A stretch of DNA of 64,000 nucleotides from Podarcis filfolensis (lineage: Eukaryota), in assembly GCA_964270895.1 (NCBI GenBank), contig OZ185446.1; one strand, 5' to 3'. Shown piece after piece: positions 22,150 through 35,277 of the stretch. The notes under the pieces are model-generated. The model ran no database searches. It was not told where the DNA came from and worked only from the letters and a program-made list of their open reading frames with translations. Numbering within the stretch: the first letter of the stretch is position 1; each line of letters starts with the position of its first letter. The translations under genes were made by a program, and so were the position numbers.

Positions 22150-25100
22150 TTGTGTATTTTGAACTCGGTCTAAATGCAACACGTTTGCTTTCCTGCTTCT
22201 TATATCTTTTGGTTTTGTCGGTCCGCCTGACTCAACTTCAGCGGATCCGCTGCTTTGCGAGCTGGAAGTCGCAGTAGCTCGGCGCGGATGGGCGCGTTGA
22301 GCCAGTCCACGTGCAAACAGCTTTCATTGATAGAAGCAGCTCGCGGGAAGGCGAAGGGGAGGAGAGGCTCTTCGGGCAGCATCGCTATTTCTCTCCCGAA
22401 GAAGGACAGCCATTGGCGGGGGAAGTTTTGCAGAGGAGGGCTTGGCATTTGCCTATATGTAGAGGCATCTAATGCAATATTCATGGCGCAGCGTCACAGG
22501 CGATTCTGCCGGGTTCAGGGCTACCTTCGAGGCAGCCCCCCCTCCCACGCTATAGGAGGACTATCCTCTTCCTTCCAACACTTTTTTGTGAATGAACCAC
22601 AGCACCCCCTCCTCCTTTTTTTGCCAGCTCACAGATCAGAGAAAGCAGTGAGATCACTGCCTGGATCTGGTCCGGTGCTTCGCCGCAATCTCTTCTCGCT
22701 TTCAAAGCAGGGTTCATTCAAGACCTGCCAGTTCCGCTCGCCTGGGATAGACGTGGGGAGGGGGCGACTTCAAAGCCAGGTTGCAATGAAAAGGTTGCAC
22801 TCCCCCCTTCAGAGGGGGCGCATCTTGGGTACGTTTTCACATTAATCGGGGGGCGGGGGCGGACTGGCGACTTGGCATGAGCTGCTGGCTACTCCGTAGC
22901 CAAAAGACATTGCTACAAGCCACCACTTTTTGCGCTGACATATGATAAGCCTGCCCTCCCCCCCCATTCAGCTCCCGCCACAGGCCATTCCTAGAGTGGG
23001 TGGAGCTCTCGGTTACTGCGTAAAGGGCGCGCCTGCACTCTTAGACTCCTCCAAAGAAGTATAACACCCCTTTCCCTCCCAAATCTTATTTTGTCGCGAG
23101 GAAAATCCGCAATATGGGGCGACTGCTGAAGTCAAGCAATTTTAATTTATTTATTTTTAATATACTTAGGTTGCAATCCCACACACATCACCTGGAAATA
23201 AGTCCCATTGAACCCATTGAGGATTATTTCTGAATAGGCAATGATGGGAAGTAAATTTCCCTGAAAGCAACGAGACTTCCTTCCTCATCCTCTATATCCG
23301 GCGATGCCATATTCGCCGCCCTGTCCACAAAATAAATCTTATGGCTGCTGTCTGTAACCCTATATTTGGGAATGATGTAGAGTAAGTAGCTTGTAGAGTA
23401 AGTAGTGTGCACTTGCAGACCGCAAGCGGGCTTGCTTGCGACAATGACTTGGAGTTGGGTAGAGCAGCATTAGCTCTTCCGCCTTGTACTTTTTTTGTTA
23501 ACAGTACAATCCTATTCATGCATCAACTCTTTTTAGAATTTCGGTTGCACAGTAGTAAGATCCTAAAACATGTTTTTCTCATAAGAAAGTCCTACACTGG
23601 GACTTCATCCTGAAGAATAGGATAATGCTTAGTTTCATTGGTTGTATGTTTTTTATGATTACCATGCTTTGCTGCCTTTTTCAGCTAATTTTTGTAATGC
23701 TACTTCAGTTGTTAAATGGCAGCGTATAAACCTTTAAAATACCCACCACACACTTGCATATACATGCATATTATGTCCTGCCTACGCGGTCTTAGCAGCA
23801 GATAACATTTCCTACAGAGGGTATAATGTTGAATGTATGCAGCAGCACAACCGGACGCCTTCATCTGCCCCAGCTGCAACAAAACATGTCTCTCCCTTTA
23901 ACGGGCTCTACAACCACTGCAGGCGCTGTAACTCTCCAATGGTTTGACTTCACCACCGAAGGTGCACTCTTCCATTGTCTCCAGAGACAGACGATGCAAA
24001 CAAGGTTGCCAACTCACAAAGTTGTTTTGGGATACTTCGCTTTTGTTTTCACACGTGTGCAGCACAATACTATGCATCTCTATCCATTGGGTCCATTGAG
24101 ACTTACTCCCAGTAAAGTGTGTATAGGATTTCAGCCTTAATCCTAATTCACCCTACTTTTCAAACTCATCAAATAATTGGCCTGATCGGATACCCTATGG
24201 GACTTAGTACTTAGGTTCGTCCCATGTAACGGATGTAGAAGAAAAGCTGAGAAGGAGAGTCTAAACTGACCAAAGGGGATAAACCACACGTTGATCGTGC
24301 AGGGATTTCAGCAAGCTGAGTAGCCAAATATCGACGCAGCCGGATGCCCAGGAAAGTTCTGAAGCCTCTCCGCAGCTCCTTATCTGCTAATGAGCCTGTG
24401 TAGGACAGCAGCCTGCAGGTATAGAAACACATTGTGTGCTACTTGGCTGGATTCGTTCTGGGCATCTTGCAAGAGTCTCCGTGATGTGATCTCTCACATT
24501 CATTATGGCATATTACCTTCTATTGCACGTTTCTCAGCAGATAGCTCTCTGCGGTTATTCGCTTTTATTTTTTTTTAAAAAAAATCTTTGTCCTCGAGGT
24601 TCTTCAGGAAGTATTTATCTTGTCTTTCTGAGACGCAGCACTCCGTAGCTGTCAATGGAAAGCCTCAACCATCCGTGCCCCTCTCCCCGTTCTTCCCAGC
24701 CTAGCCCGGCCCACCTTTTTTTTTTTTAATTAAAGCTTTTCAAGTTCCCTTCTGTTAAGGAAAGTGTCTAAACAAACAAGCCTCCCTGAAACTAAACGCT
24801 AGAAGAAGAAAACCGCCCCGCACCCTCGATTGTTTTTAAAAAAGTAGCGAGGGGGGAGGCATTTCCCCATGTCGTGATTATAGTTCCAAAAGGAAATTGC
24901 TTTTATTTGTGAATGAGACTTTCAATAGGAAGGGACATGGAGGGGAAAAGCTCCTTAAGGGAAGGAGGTCACGGGGTTAGAGGGCGGATTAAAGGCCCCC
25001 ACCTGTCTCGAAATCCCGGACAACCGTCCCAAAATCTGAAACAAGGAGGGATCAAAACCGTACTTTTGGGACGTAGGGTGAAAAGGGAGTCACGGGAGAT

Positions 25101-26520
25101 TTTTCAGCCTAAAACAAAAACATGAAGTCTGGGGACAAGCGGCTGAGAAACCGGGACGTGTCATTCAGGTCCTGAACTCTTCCCAAGGAAATTCAGTGAG
25201 TGATCGGTGTGTGTGTGTGTGTGTGTGTAGAAGAAAGAGGGTTTGGGGGTTCATTTAAAAAACAGGAATTATATACACACTTACTTGGGAGTAAGTAAGC
25301 CTCACTGAAACCAGTGAGACTTCCTTCGGATGAAACATGGCTGGGCTCTGGCTGCAAGAGCTGGTTTTATTTTCTAACGCTTTACCTCGAGCCTGGGCTA
25401 AAAAGAGGGAGTGGGGAGAGCTTCCTCCTTTTAGGCCTAAAAACTATGAAAAAACGGAGACCGTGCAGAGACTCTGCCAAGCCGCTTAAAAACCTCCCTG
25501 CGGACTAGCTCCCATCGCCTCGTTTCCCCTCCGTCCTCTCCACGTCCATTGCTGTTAAGCTACAGCACTTGGATTGAATAGCCCGTCGCCCTCCAAGTGC
25601 TAAAGAGAAATGGGGTGAAATGAACTCAATGCCACTTCCTTCACGAGAAAGGTGCTGGTGACTGAAGTGCTTGTCCTGTTGATTTTTCCTTTCGGTTGAT
25701 GTTAACTTTGTTTGTAATCGTGTATTCCAAAAGTGACCTGTCAAGGCGGCTTACAAATAATAGAAAGCGCAGAGAAAGCAACAACAGCAGCACACCGCAA
25801 TCACCTGCAACATCTGCATAGGCCGCAACACCACCTGTCGGTTGCTGTCTGGTAGAGATTCCAAATCCACAATCGAGCGTATTCGAGCGTAGCTAGTTCC
25901 AGGCTGCCTCGCTACAGAAAGTGACTCTCGCCTTCACCTCAAGCTCCAACCTAGTCTTCCTCTGCACGTGAAGGACCAGGAGTTGTTGGGGCTTGATTCT
26001 GCCAGGATCCCAAAGTCCTGAGGCTGAAGCGGAGATCTGTCAATGCCTAAGAACTTCTTACCGCAAGGAGGCCGGAGAAAGAGCTTAACGGGATAGCCCC
26101 TTGCACTGTTTTGTGGGGCAGAACTTTTTCCCACAGCCCAGAACAACTTGACAGATGGCCTGTGGGGTAGCCTAGGCAAGGCAGGAAGGAAAACACAGAC
26201 GAGGCTGAATTTCTTTGTTTTTGTCTCCGCCAGGAGCCTTCTCTTTCTTCGCTTGCTCAACAAATAAACGGTGAAGGGAAGCCCACTGCGTCTCCTTCCG
26301 GATAGCTTTTGTTTGTCTGGGCAAGGCAAGGCACCATTTCCAGCATCATCTTAGCAGCCGAATGGGTCGCTTTTTCTCCTCTTCACTGCAGATATAAATA
26401 TGCGAAGCCCTTCAGGAGGAAGGAGCCATGAGTTAAAATTCTGGTTCCATCCAAGCCAATTACAAAACACCTATTGATTTTTTAGCCGAGCCGAAATTTC
26501 ACCCATAATCCTCGCCCCTG
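22150..26520. other. Upstream orphan CpG-rich islands (22.2-23.1, 24.3-25.2, 25.5-26.5 kb)
   Basis: Dense CpG with no coding signature. Boundaries estimated by eye. Confidence 0.55.
25207..25228. repeat. (GT)11 microsatellite
   Basis: Direct reading. Confidence 0.9.
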
Positions 26521-28711
26521 GGACACAGATTCACGCGCCATTGGAGCTGGACAGTACCTCAAATGAGAGTCTGGCACAACTCAGGAGGAGGAAGTGAGGA
26601 TAAAATGGTAGCCTCAGGGGCTGCAACTGATTTGCATAATCAATTTAATTTTTGCCATCTTGGAGGACTCCAAACACCAACTGCTTGAGCGGTCACACTC
26701 ATCAGTCTACAATATCCTTGTTCTAAATGTGATAACCTCAGGTGTGGAAAAGGCCACAGCCCTTTGACAGATCTTACAATATGGACATTACCACTTCAAG
26801 CAAAGACTTTTTTGGGGGGCACATCTGTTTTGAGATGCAGGCAATATAAACTCCATGAAATTTACACCCTCTGTGCCAAGATGTCATGAGAGTTATACCC
26901 ACCTGTGTAAGCCAAAACCACAAAAACTTTAAAAATTCCCTAGGAGTGTTTTAATGGAGAGAAGGAAGAGAGAGCCCATGTTACAGTTTCAGGCAGTGGA
27001 GAAGTTTTTGACTTAACAATTTTTAAGACAAATTGAGAACAAGGCCTCAATGAGATCATCCACTGATGTGGGGTAGAGAGGCATCCTTTCCACCCACCCA
27101 GGGGTGGTCCTAGCTTGACAAACAAAGGAATTATCTATGGTGAATGCTTTTATCATTCTCTCAGACAACAGGAACAGGCCTACAAGGTCAGGAAGACTGG
27201 CTAGGAGAGCAGGTAAGTTGCCAGTTGTACATAAAATTAATAAAGAAGTATTTAAAAACCAGCATAATATTTCATCACCAGAGCACACCACATAGTAGAA
27301 AGAATGTATACAAAGGCCAGTGGATGTTTCCCAGGATACATCTAACATAGTTAGCATTTTGGATGTGATGCCTGCATAGCGTTCCAAGCAATGAATCCAG
27401 AGTTTAATTCAGTTTAGCATTTGCATCCATTGAGGCCCAAAGGGACCTAAAAGAAACTGGAAGCTTGTTTAAAAATCCACTGACATTGGATGAGAATGAG
27501 GAGATTAGAGAGCAGCAGAAAGGGTTGTGTAGTCAGCAAATACAGGTGTTTAGCCTATTAAACCTGCAGAGTTTAGTTCTCACCCAAGCCGTTTCTCTCC
27601 TACAAAAATTTATTCCTACTGAAGAATCCACCATCAACTTGTGGGAGCCTCGTATTCCCTGCTAATGCTGGAAGCTTCTTCATCTGTGATTTCCTATAAG
27701 ATTTCTTTTGGTGCTAGAATGGATGAAATTCTTTCCCCTACCCCAGATTTTGAGGCTTTACTTTTTTATTCTCTCAGATAACAGAAACAAATTCTTGACT
27801 AGAAGATCAGTTGGAGACAGAGGTAGACATAGATACACCCACCCACCCACACCAACACCTCTCAGAGAGACAGGGCTGGGATCTGTGAGGTGGCAACTCA
27901 CTTGCATACTCTTTCAGCAGCCTTTGCTAAAGATCCTGGAAATCAGTTCACTATAAATATATGGGGGCTTAGACTTCTTGCCGCTCTGTGCTCTTCCCAC
28001 TAGTGAGTCAAAAGGATTCCAGAAAAGAGAGGGAGGCAGGCAAAGGCTACCTTGACACTTTGCACCAGCTGGATTTTCCTACCCTAGAATACTATGTACT
28101 ATCAACAGTCCTGTGTGAAGGATTCTGATGGCTTTTTATATGTTGATATTGGTCATTATGTTTATGTATTTAATACAGTTTAAAAGTTTCTTGTAAGCCA
28201 CATTGGAAGAAGCTATATTCTGAAACTCAGGATATAAATAACTGTACTAAATAAATAGTTGCATGCTGCAAATTATATACTAAGTAGCAGCACATCATGG
28301 GAACTCCGGCAAACTTCAAAGAATAAATGAAGGAAGAAGCAAAGACCACTTCAGCAGTAGTGGTAGAGGCTAAGATGTGATGAAGAGCTAAGAAGACAGA
28401 CAGTGAGGGTTCTTTGGTGGTGCCCTGAAATGTGTGTGCTATGCTTATTTTCTTGTCTGTCAGCATAGACTACACTTGCAGAAAATGTCAGTTGATTGTC
28501 CTGCTGGGCCAGTAAGTAAGAAGACAGCAGTGATGAGTTTCCATTCTTCATTTATGAAGACAATGACTTCTTGGGCAGGACACGGGGTACTACAGAAAGG
28601 ACAAAAGCAGTCAAGAAAATGAGAACTGTAGGATTGGGAAAACTGCATTCAAGACCATGAGTGTAAAGAACATGAGTATAAGGCGCCATTCTGAACCACT
28701 GGAACACAGTA

Positions 28712-28953
28712 CAGTGGTACCTCATGTTACATACGCTTCAGGTTACATACACTTCAGGTTACAGACTCTGCTAACCCAGAAACAGTGCTTCAGGTTAAGA
28801 ACTTTGCTTCAGGATGAGAACAGAAATCGTGCTCCGGCGGCACAGCAGCAGCAGGAGGCCCCATTACCTAAAGTGGTGCTTCAGGTTAAGAACAGTTTCC
28901 GGTTAAGAACGGACCTCCAGAACGAATTAAGTACTTAACCCGAGGTACCACTG
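28712..28953. mobile_element. Tc1/mariner (pogo/Tigger-type) MITE nested in CR1 ORF1
   Basis: TIRs CAGTGGTACCTC...GAGGTACCACTG with TA duplication at 28710-28711 and 28954-28955. 242 bp, with internal GCTTCAGGTTA repeats. Confidence 0.9.
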
Positions 28954-30098
28954 TATCTCTCTTTCCAGTGTCTCTGAGGAGCTGGTGGAAGACAGCAGCA
29001 GCAGGCTACACTAGCTAGGAAGGAAGACTCTCAACCCTTTAAGGACAGAGGTGATTCAATCTCCATATGCAGGAAGAGGAATAAAGTGGTGGTAATAATG
29101 GCTGGTAACTCCCTACTGAGAGACGAGTCTTCTGTGTCAAGTGAATTTGTTAACTTCTGAAGTATACTGTATCTCAAGTATTGGGACCCAGGATGTGATT
29201 GATAACTTACCAAGTTTTATCAAGCCCACTGATCATTATATATTTTTGCTCATCTGCGCAGGAATGAATGACACCACCAGGGATTACTATGAAAACATAC
29301 CTGACTATAAAGTTCTGGGGAAGAAGATAAAGCATCTTGGGGCTCTGGTAAAGTTCTCATCAAGGTAGAGGACTACACAGAGAGATCACAGTTCAGGGGA
29401 ACTATTCTCCTAAGTAGCAGCATGTTTCTTGGACTATTGTGTAAGCTTCCTAAAGAAGGAAGGTAGGCTGCACCTTGGGAAATGTATCTGACAGAAGAAT
29501 GGCAAACCTGAGCAAGAGGGACATAATCAAATACTGTGTGGGATGGCTCCAATAGCCGAAAGCTAAGTACAAAATGAAGCACTAAATATATGGATGTGGC
29601 TGCTACTGGAGAAACTGGGAAAGTTGAGGAGATGCCCAGCAAACCCTACGCTAAAATAGCAGAGAGATATCAGAGTAGAATATCCAAAGCTTTAAACTTC
29701 TATGCTAATGCATAGAGTATGGGAAATGAACAAGATGAACTTCAACTTCTTGAACGAGAAAGTAAATACAAATTGATCCACATAACTGAGACTTAGTGGG
29801 ACATGATTAGAAAATAGCAATTGAAGGATGTAGCTTGTTCTAAAAAACCCCGATTTTCATATTCTGAAATAAATGCTAGGTAGAATTAAATGGCTATTTC
29901 TACTCATGAGAAAAGAAATCCAAGACAGGTGACAGTTCCCGAATAACAAATTACTAAAGGCACAATCACCAATAATTCCAAGGAGAATGAAAAATGTAGG
30001 ATTTTTTAAAAGTCTGTGTGGCTGCACAAAAAGCTGAAAATAAAAAGGACATGCATGAGAAGAGGACTGAAGGATAAGTTAACAAGGATGAGTACAAG

Positions 30099-30211
30099 CA
30101 AGGCTTTTCTTTTTAGTTGGAAGTTGCTGGAACTCAGTTCTGGCACCTCTCAGGTGCCATAAAAAGAGAGTGGTGAGTTCTGGCACCTCTTTTTCTAGGA
30201 AAAAAGCATTG
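30099..30211. mobile_element. hAT-type MITE nested in CR1 ORF2
   Basis: Perfect 8-bp TSD AGTACAAG (30091-30098 and 30212-30219). Termini CAAGGCTTTT...AAAAAAGCATTG. Homologous (inverted) to 40713-40851. Confidence 0.85.
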
Positions 30212-33200
30212 AGTACAAGTATCCTAGACTTGTTGGAACAGTGTCAGCAAAGCTAAAGCTCAGAAAGAATTGACGGTGGCAAGAAAAAGTGCCTTTTGGG
30301 GCATGTTTAGAATAAGAGAAGAGGAAGGAAATGGGGTATGTAGCTCAGTAGGAATTGTGAAATGTTAATGGGTGACAACAAGAAGGTGGAATTGCTGAAT
30401 TCCTATTTTTGCCTCTGTCTTTTCCCAAGGGGGAATTGTGTGCTAACCTGCATAATAGCATGACTGTTGAGGAGTCAGGATTGCAGTTCAAGATTACCGT
30501 AACAAGGAGTTGTCAAAAAATATCTAGCTATTTTAATTGAGTTTAAGATTTCAAGGCCAGATGACTTGTATCTAAAGAACTTGTTGATGTACTGTCAGAA
30601 CACCTGACTATAATCTTTAAGCAATCTAGAAAACAGGTAAAGTGCCACAGGACTGCAAACAAAAATGAGGAAAGGAGAATCTGGCAACTTTGGGCAGCTC
30701 ATTCTGACCAATTCCAGGGAAGATACTTGAAAAGATTATAAAGAAGTCAGTTTGCAAGCACCTTGAGAAAAATGAAGTGGTTAGTAGAAGTCAGCATGAA
30801 TTTGTAAATAATAATGCCAAAGTAATTTAAACTTTGTTTTGATCAGTTTAGTAGATGGTGGGAATGCTGTAGATGTAAATTATCTTGATTTCAGCAAAAT
30901 TCCCATTGATATTTTGGTTAGCATAAACATTTAACAGTTGTGTAGAAGAGAGGTTTTAGGCAGGTACAGCTTGTCATGCAGGAATATGTTGCACCAGTTA
31001 AAATTTGCATCCACAATACTACTCAATTTCCTAAAACGTTCTTAAAGCATAAAATGTCATCCTTTCAATTCCAACAGCCAGCTTGGTGCAAGAGTTTAAT
31101 GGAATAAGTACAATAATATGCTATCCCCCAGAATTATTTTGTTGTCCTTAATGGCCATGTTGGAATTTAGGTCAGATGTGATCTGAAGCAATAAATAGCA
31201 ATACAATTGCACTATGGTTTGTCATGTTGAAATGCTCCCATTGCTTGGAAGAGTGTCCTCATCTAATTTAGTTACTTTGAGAAGAATTCTTACCCCATTA
31301 AGATATAATCTGATTTCAACAGTAGTTTTGAAATTGAGAATGCCCATGTTGCGTATAAAGTTCATTTATGCTTTTTGCTGCACAGGACCGAGGAAAATAC
31401 ATTATGTTTTTAAATGTCTCTTTCATATCTCAGTTATATATAAATGACTTCCACCATTGCTGATGAGTAAAGAGAACTGGTCAAACTTTCTGCTAGGAAA
31501 AAATATCTCAGCAAAAGTTACTTAAGCCAGCAATTTATGCCTTGGCATCATCTCTTGCTGCTTTTCTTGAATCCCATGTTGTGAACTGCTGTTATGATCA
31601 CTTTAATTACCATTAACTTTTTTGTTGACCTGCTTTTCACCCTTTGTGAGAATCTGTAAGATATGGTTTCTGCTGTTTATCATTTTTTGTATTATATCTT
31701 CCTTGTTAACCCAATACATATATTAAAGTAGGCATATGAATATTCACTCACCAGGTGACCAGTCAAGATAGTTCAGATTTATGAATTTTATCTACTTTCT
31801 CTTAGGTCACGACTACCAAAGAAATGTGTTGGCTAGTAATTTCTGTGGATTTATTTGCATGACTATAAATATATAGAAGACTGCCATCCTTTTGCTCTGA
31901 CCACTCTGCAAATTTACTGCTGTTTTGAAAAATGTTTCTTTTTGTCAGTCTGGATCCAAATGGTTCTAAATACTCAGCTATTCTTCTCCGAGCTAATAAT
32001 GTCCTGATTTCTCACATTTCTAGTCTTGGAATATGAAATCCTGCTGTGTCAAATGCAAGCCCTGAGAGAATAACAGACTCCCCAGGTGCTGAATGACATT
32101 TACAGTGTGACGTATGCAGCTGGCATTCTGCAGCTTTTCCTTCTCACTTCTGTTACTCAGACTGCTCGTCATTCTTTTCTCTAAAGTGCAGCAATTTCAT
32201 TGTCGGTGATCTTCAGGGTGTGTGTGTGAGAGAGAGTGGAAGAGAGGGAGACTGAGAGGGAATACACTCCATGGGGGAGGATATTACTTTCCTAAATATG
32301 TGCATTTAGATTGTCCAAGGGAATTACTGACATTAGATGTATGCACTGTTTGTTTCCAGACTTTGCCAGTGTCATTCTGTGCAAAGCAAGAGTCATGTAC
32401 AAATGCCAGCCATACCTAATGGGCATGCCATTTCAGGCTTCTCCTGCCAAGACACCCACTGCTCCAATGATAGAAAATGATATTAGTGTACTTCCTTCAT
32501 ATTTACCAAGAAAAGGAAGGGGAGCTTATTTAGTGGGAGTCACTATACTCTCACTCACATAACACTAACAAACTACATTGGTTTGTTTCTCTCAGGCTTC
32601 TAACTATGTAGCAGCAGCTTCATTATTTCTGTTAATATTTTTTTAGCTTGCACACTTCCATTTCCCCCCATTGTTCCATTCCCAATAAGTCAAACATTGA
32701 GACGGATGCCAAACTATGCTTCCCATGTAAACTCAAAGTTTGCCTTCACCCATGTATACAAAATCAACTCCATTAGAAGCAGCTGGTGAACTGGGTGGCA
32801 TCTTATTAACCAGCTGCTTGTGCAACTCCTCTTCATCCATCAGCACTGATGTTTTTATTTATCAAGTCAAGTTCATTAAATGCAACCTATTCCTTAATAC
32901 AAGCACCCAAGATATATACATCTGAAGCAAAGCAGGAAAGAGTGAACCAACAGCCTCTCACAGATGACTAAATGTATAATATATTTCATGCTCCAGGAAA
33001 CCTTTTTACTTGCTGAATCCCCTTCACTGTCCAATGAAGTCTCTACCTTTTTCATTAACATGATTGTTGCCAGAGTTGGCTGGCTATCATCTCAGCATAT
33101 CTTCTTATACCCCTCTGACACACCCTTCACTCCATGTGACTTGAATTTATTAGCGCATCACCAATAGTGCTTTTGTGACAAAACCATGGTGGACAGGATA

Positions 33201-35235
33201 CAGACCCTCAGCACTTCTGTAGTATGGTGATGGATAACTCTCTGGCTTCCCTTTCCAGTGTATGTTCCCCACCATGAAGACAGTGGCATAACAGGGAGTG
33301 ATTTTACCCTGAGACCTGCCGGTATAGGGTGGTATACAGCAATGATGATGATGATGATGTTCTATCATGTTATTATTATTTTAGTTTGTAAACCACTTTG
33401 GGATTCATTTGAATGAAAAGCAGCATAGAAATATAATAAAGCATCAAATAAAACTGAACCCTATTTTGTGGGTAGTCAGAGGACCAAATCCACATAGTGT
33501 CCCAGTCTAAAAAATCCTGTTGGCACTCTTGCTCATATGGCATTGCGTTCCACCAGCTTTTGCTTAACATAAAAATTTTCATCAGGTTGGATGCACAAGG
33601 GGAAAAACATTATTTAACATCCATGTTGAGAAGAACTCTACGTAACTCAACAGCCTTACATGCATAATTTTGAGCACTACTTTGAATTAATAAAATATAC
33701 TGGGAGAAATGAAGGAAATGAGACACTGTAAACTTGAACTATGTTGAACTGAGAGAGGAATAAGGCTACACTAATTCTCAATCCCCTTTTCAATTTAAAT
33801 TTATATCAGATAGATCAAGGGGAATTTAATAATCATGAATGAAATAAGCTCACACAACTTTGCACATAATCTCAGTGGCAAAGCTGGTAAGAGATTCCAG
33901 CTCTCCTGATAATATTCAGTACTGTGCCCTAGGCACTTGAGGCCACCCATATCCTTCTGCTAACTAATGTTTCTCACAGGACAGCAGTCTAGAAGATGAG
34001 GCAAACTATTACATTTAGAAGGCACAATCTATCAGTGTCTCCTTGCAAGACTTTTTGAAAGGAACAGGAGCTGTGAAGAAAGCAGGGTCATTTTCATTCA
34101 TTTCCAATGGAACTTGCATGGGAAAACTTTGGGGTCTGGGTAAAAGATCCACTTGTTCTAAGATTCCTTGCTCCCTGTAATTTTCTGCTACAATCAATGG
34201 CAAATAGCGCTACTCAGTGCAATTTCTACATTATAGTGGTTCTTGCTCACCCTCGCCCTTGGGAACTCCAGAGTGTGATTGGCTTTTCAAGCAGCACCCA
34301 CTTATTGATCTCTTGTCTTAAACAATTTCAACAGGTGTGTCTGCTCCTTGGCAAAACATTTCCGCAGATGAATGCCCCAAGCTGTTCAGGCAGATAGTTA
34401 TTCTTTAATATTATAGACTTCCATAAAGCATGCTTGGTATAATAACATTTGTGTTTACAGAATGTTTGACATTGCATGCTCCACAAACACTGAAGGCCAA
34501 TTAAGAAGTAACCCTTTCCAGGGTCTACCTTGTGGGGATTTTGGAAGGGTGCAGCATGGGCAGAGAATAATTTTGCTTCTTCCAATGTGCATGTATATCT
34601 TGAAATACTGCATGGGAGCACTTCATAAACTGTTTCCCTTACTTCCCAGTCTCCTGGAATTAACTCAACAGGTCTTGCATCCCTAAATATTAAATTTGCA
34701 CTCTTAGTTGACTTGATGGCATCATTCTTGCATTAATCTGTGTAGCACATGTATGTTGTATAGATAAGTCCCAATTTAAATGAGGGTTTCACTGACTAAT
34801 TAGCAGACAGAAAATCAGTCCATGTGCATTTGGGCATAACATTTATTTGATAATAAGGATAACAACATTTTTTATATATATATCAAAAAGGAAAATCCAT
34901 GTTACTGCAGAATTGGGTGTAAGATATCTTTAACTATTGGTGCAAAGAAATAAATTAATATTCCTTTTTTGGAGACTGTATCTGTGACATGAAGATGCAG
35001 ATGGTCCCCCTGAAAGTCATTCAAAGAAATAAGGGTCAATAAATTCTCCACTACAGTCTGCAAATGATATCATATCATTTCCTTGCAATTCAGGTGGAAG
35101 AAGTTATAGTTATGGCAGGAGAGCATACTTGCTGACCGCTAATGGCCATTGCTGCAACTAGGTAATATTATACCCTGGATTTAACAGATTTACCAGTCCC
35201 TTCTTTAGACTGCCTTGCATATTATGTCAATTGCG

Positions 35236-35277
35236 AATTAATTAATTAATTAATTAATTAATTAATTATTAATTAAC
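35236..35277. repeat. (ATTA)n microsatellite
   Basis: Direct reading; one interruption. Confidence 0.9.

Larger units (their letters stand above)
28396..30925 (+). mobile_element. Degenerate CR1 LINE retaining ORF1 and part of ORF2
   Basis: ORF1: DSEGSLVVP*NVCAMLIFLSVSIDYTCRKCQLIVLL (CxxC..CxxC) at ~28399-28506, then SGNH-esterase remnants 'VVIMAGNSLLR' and 'LPSFIKPTDHYIFLLICAGMNDT..DYKVLGKKIKHLGALVKFSS' (29.1-29.37 kb). ORF2: 'YANA*SMGNEQDELQLL..ITET*W' (~29.7 kb), 'DNKKVELLNSYF-ASVFS' (~30.4 kb), 'IPGKILEKIIK..CKHLEKNEVVSRSQH' and 'GNAVDVNYLDFSK' (30.7-30.9 kb). Many stops, frameshifts and deletions. Confidence 0.88.

Noticed and set aside
28657-28938. 93-aa ORF, and likewise the 215-aa ORF at 43292..43939
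   Set aside because: They run through non-autonomous MITE or SINE sequence and show no transposase motifs.
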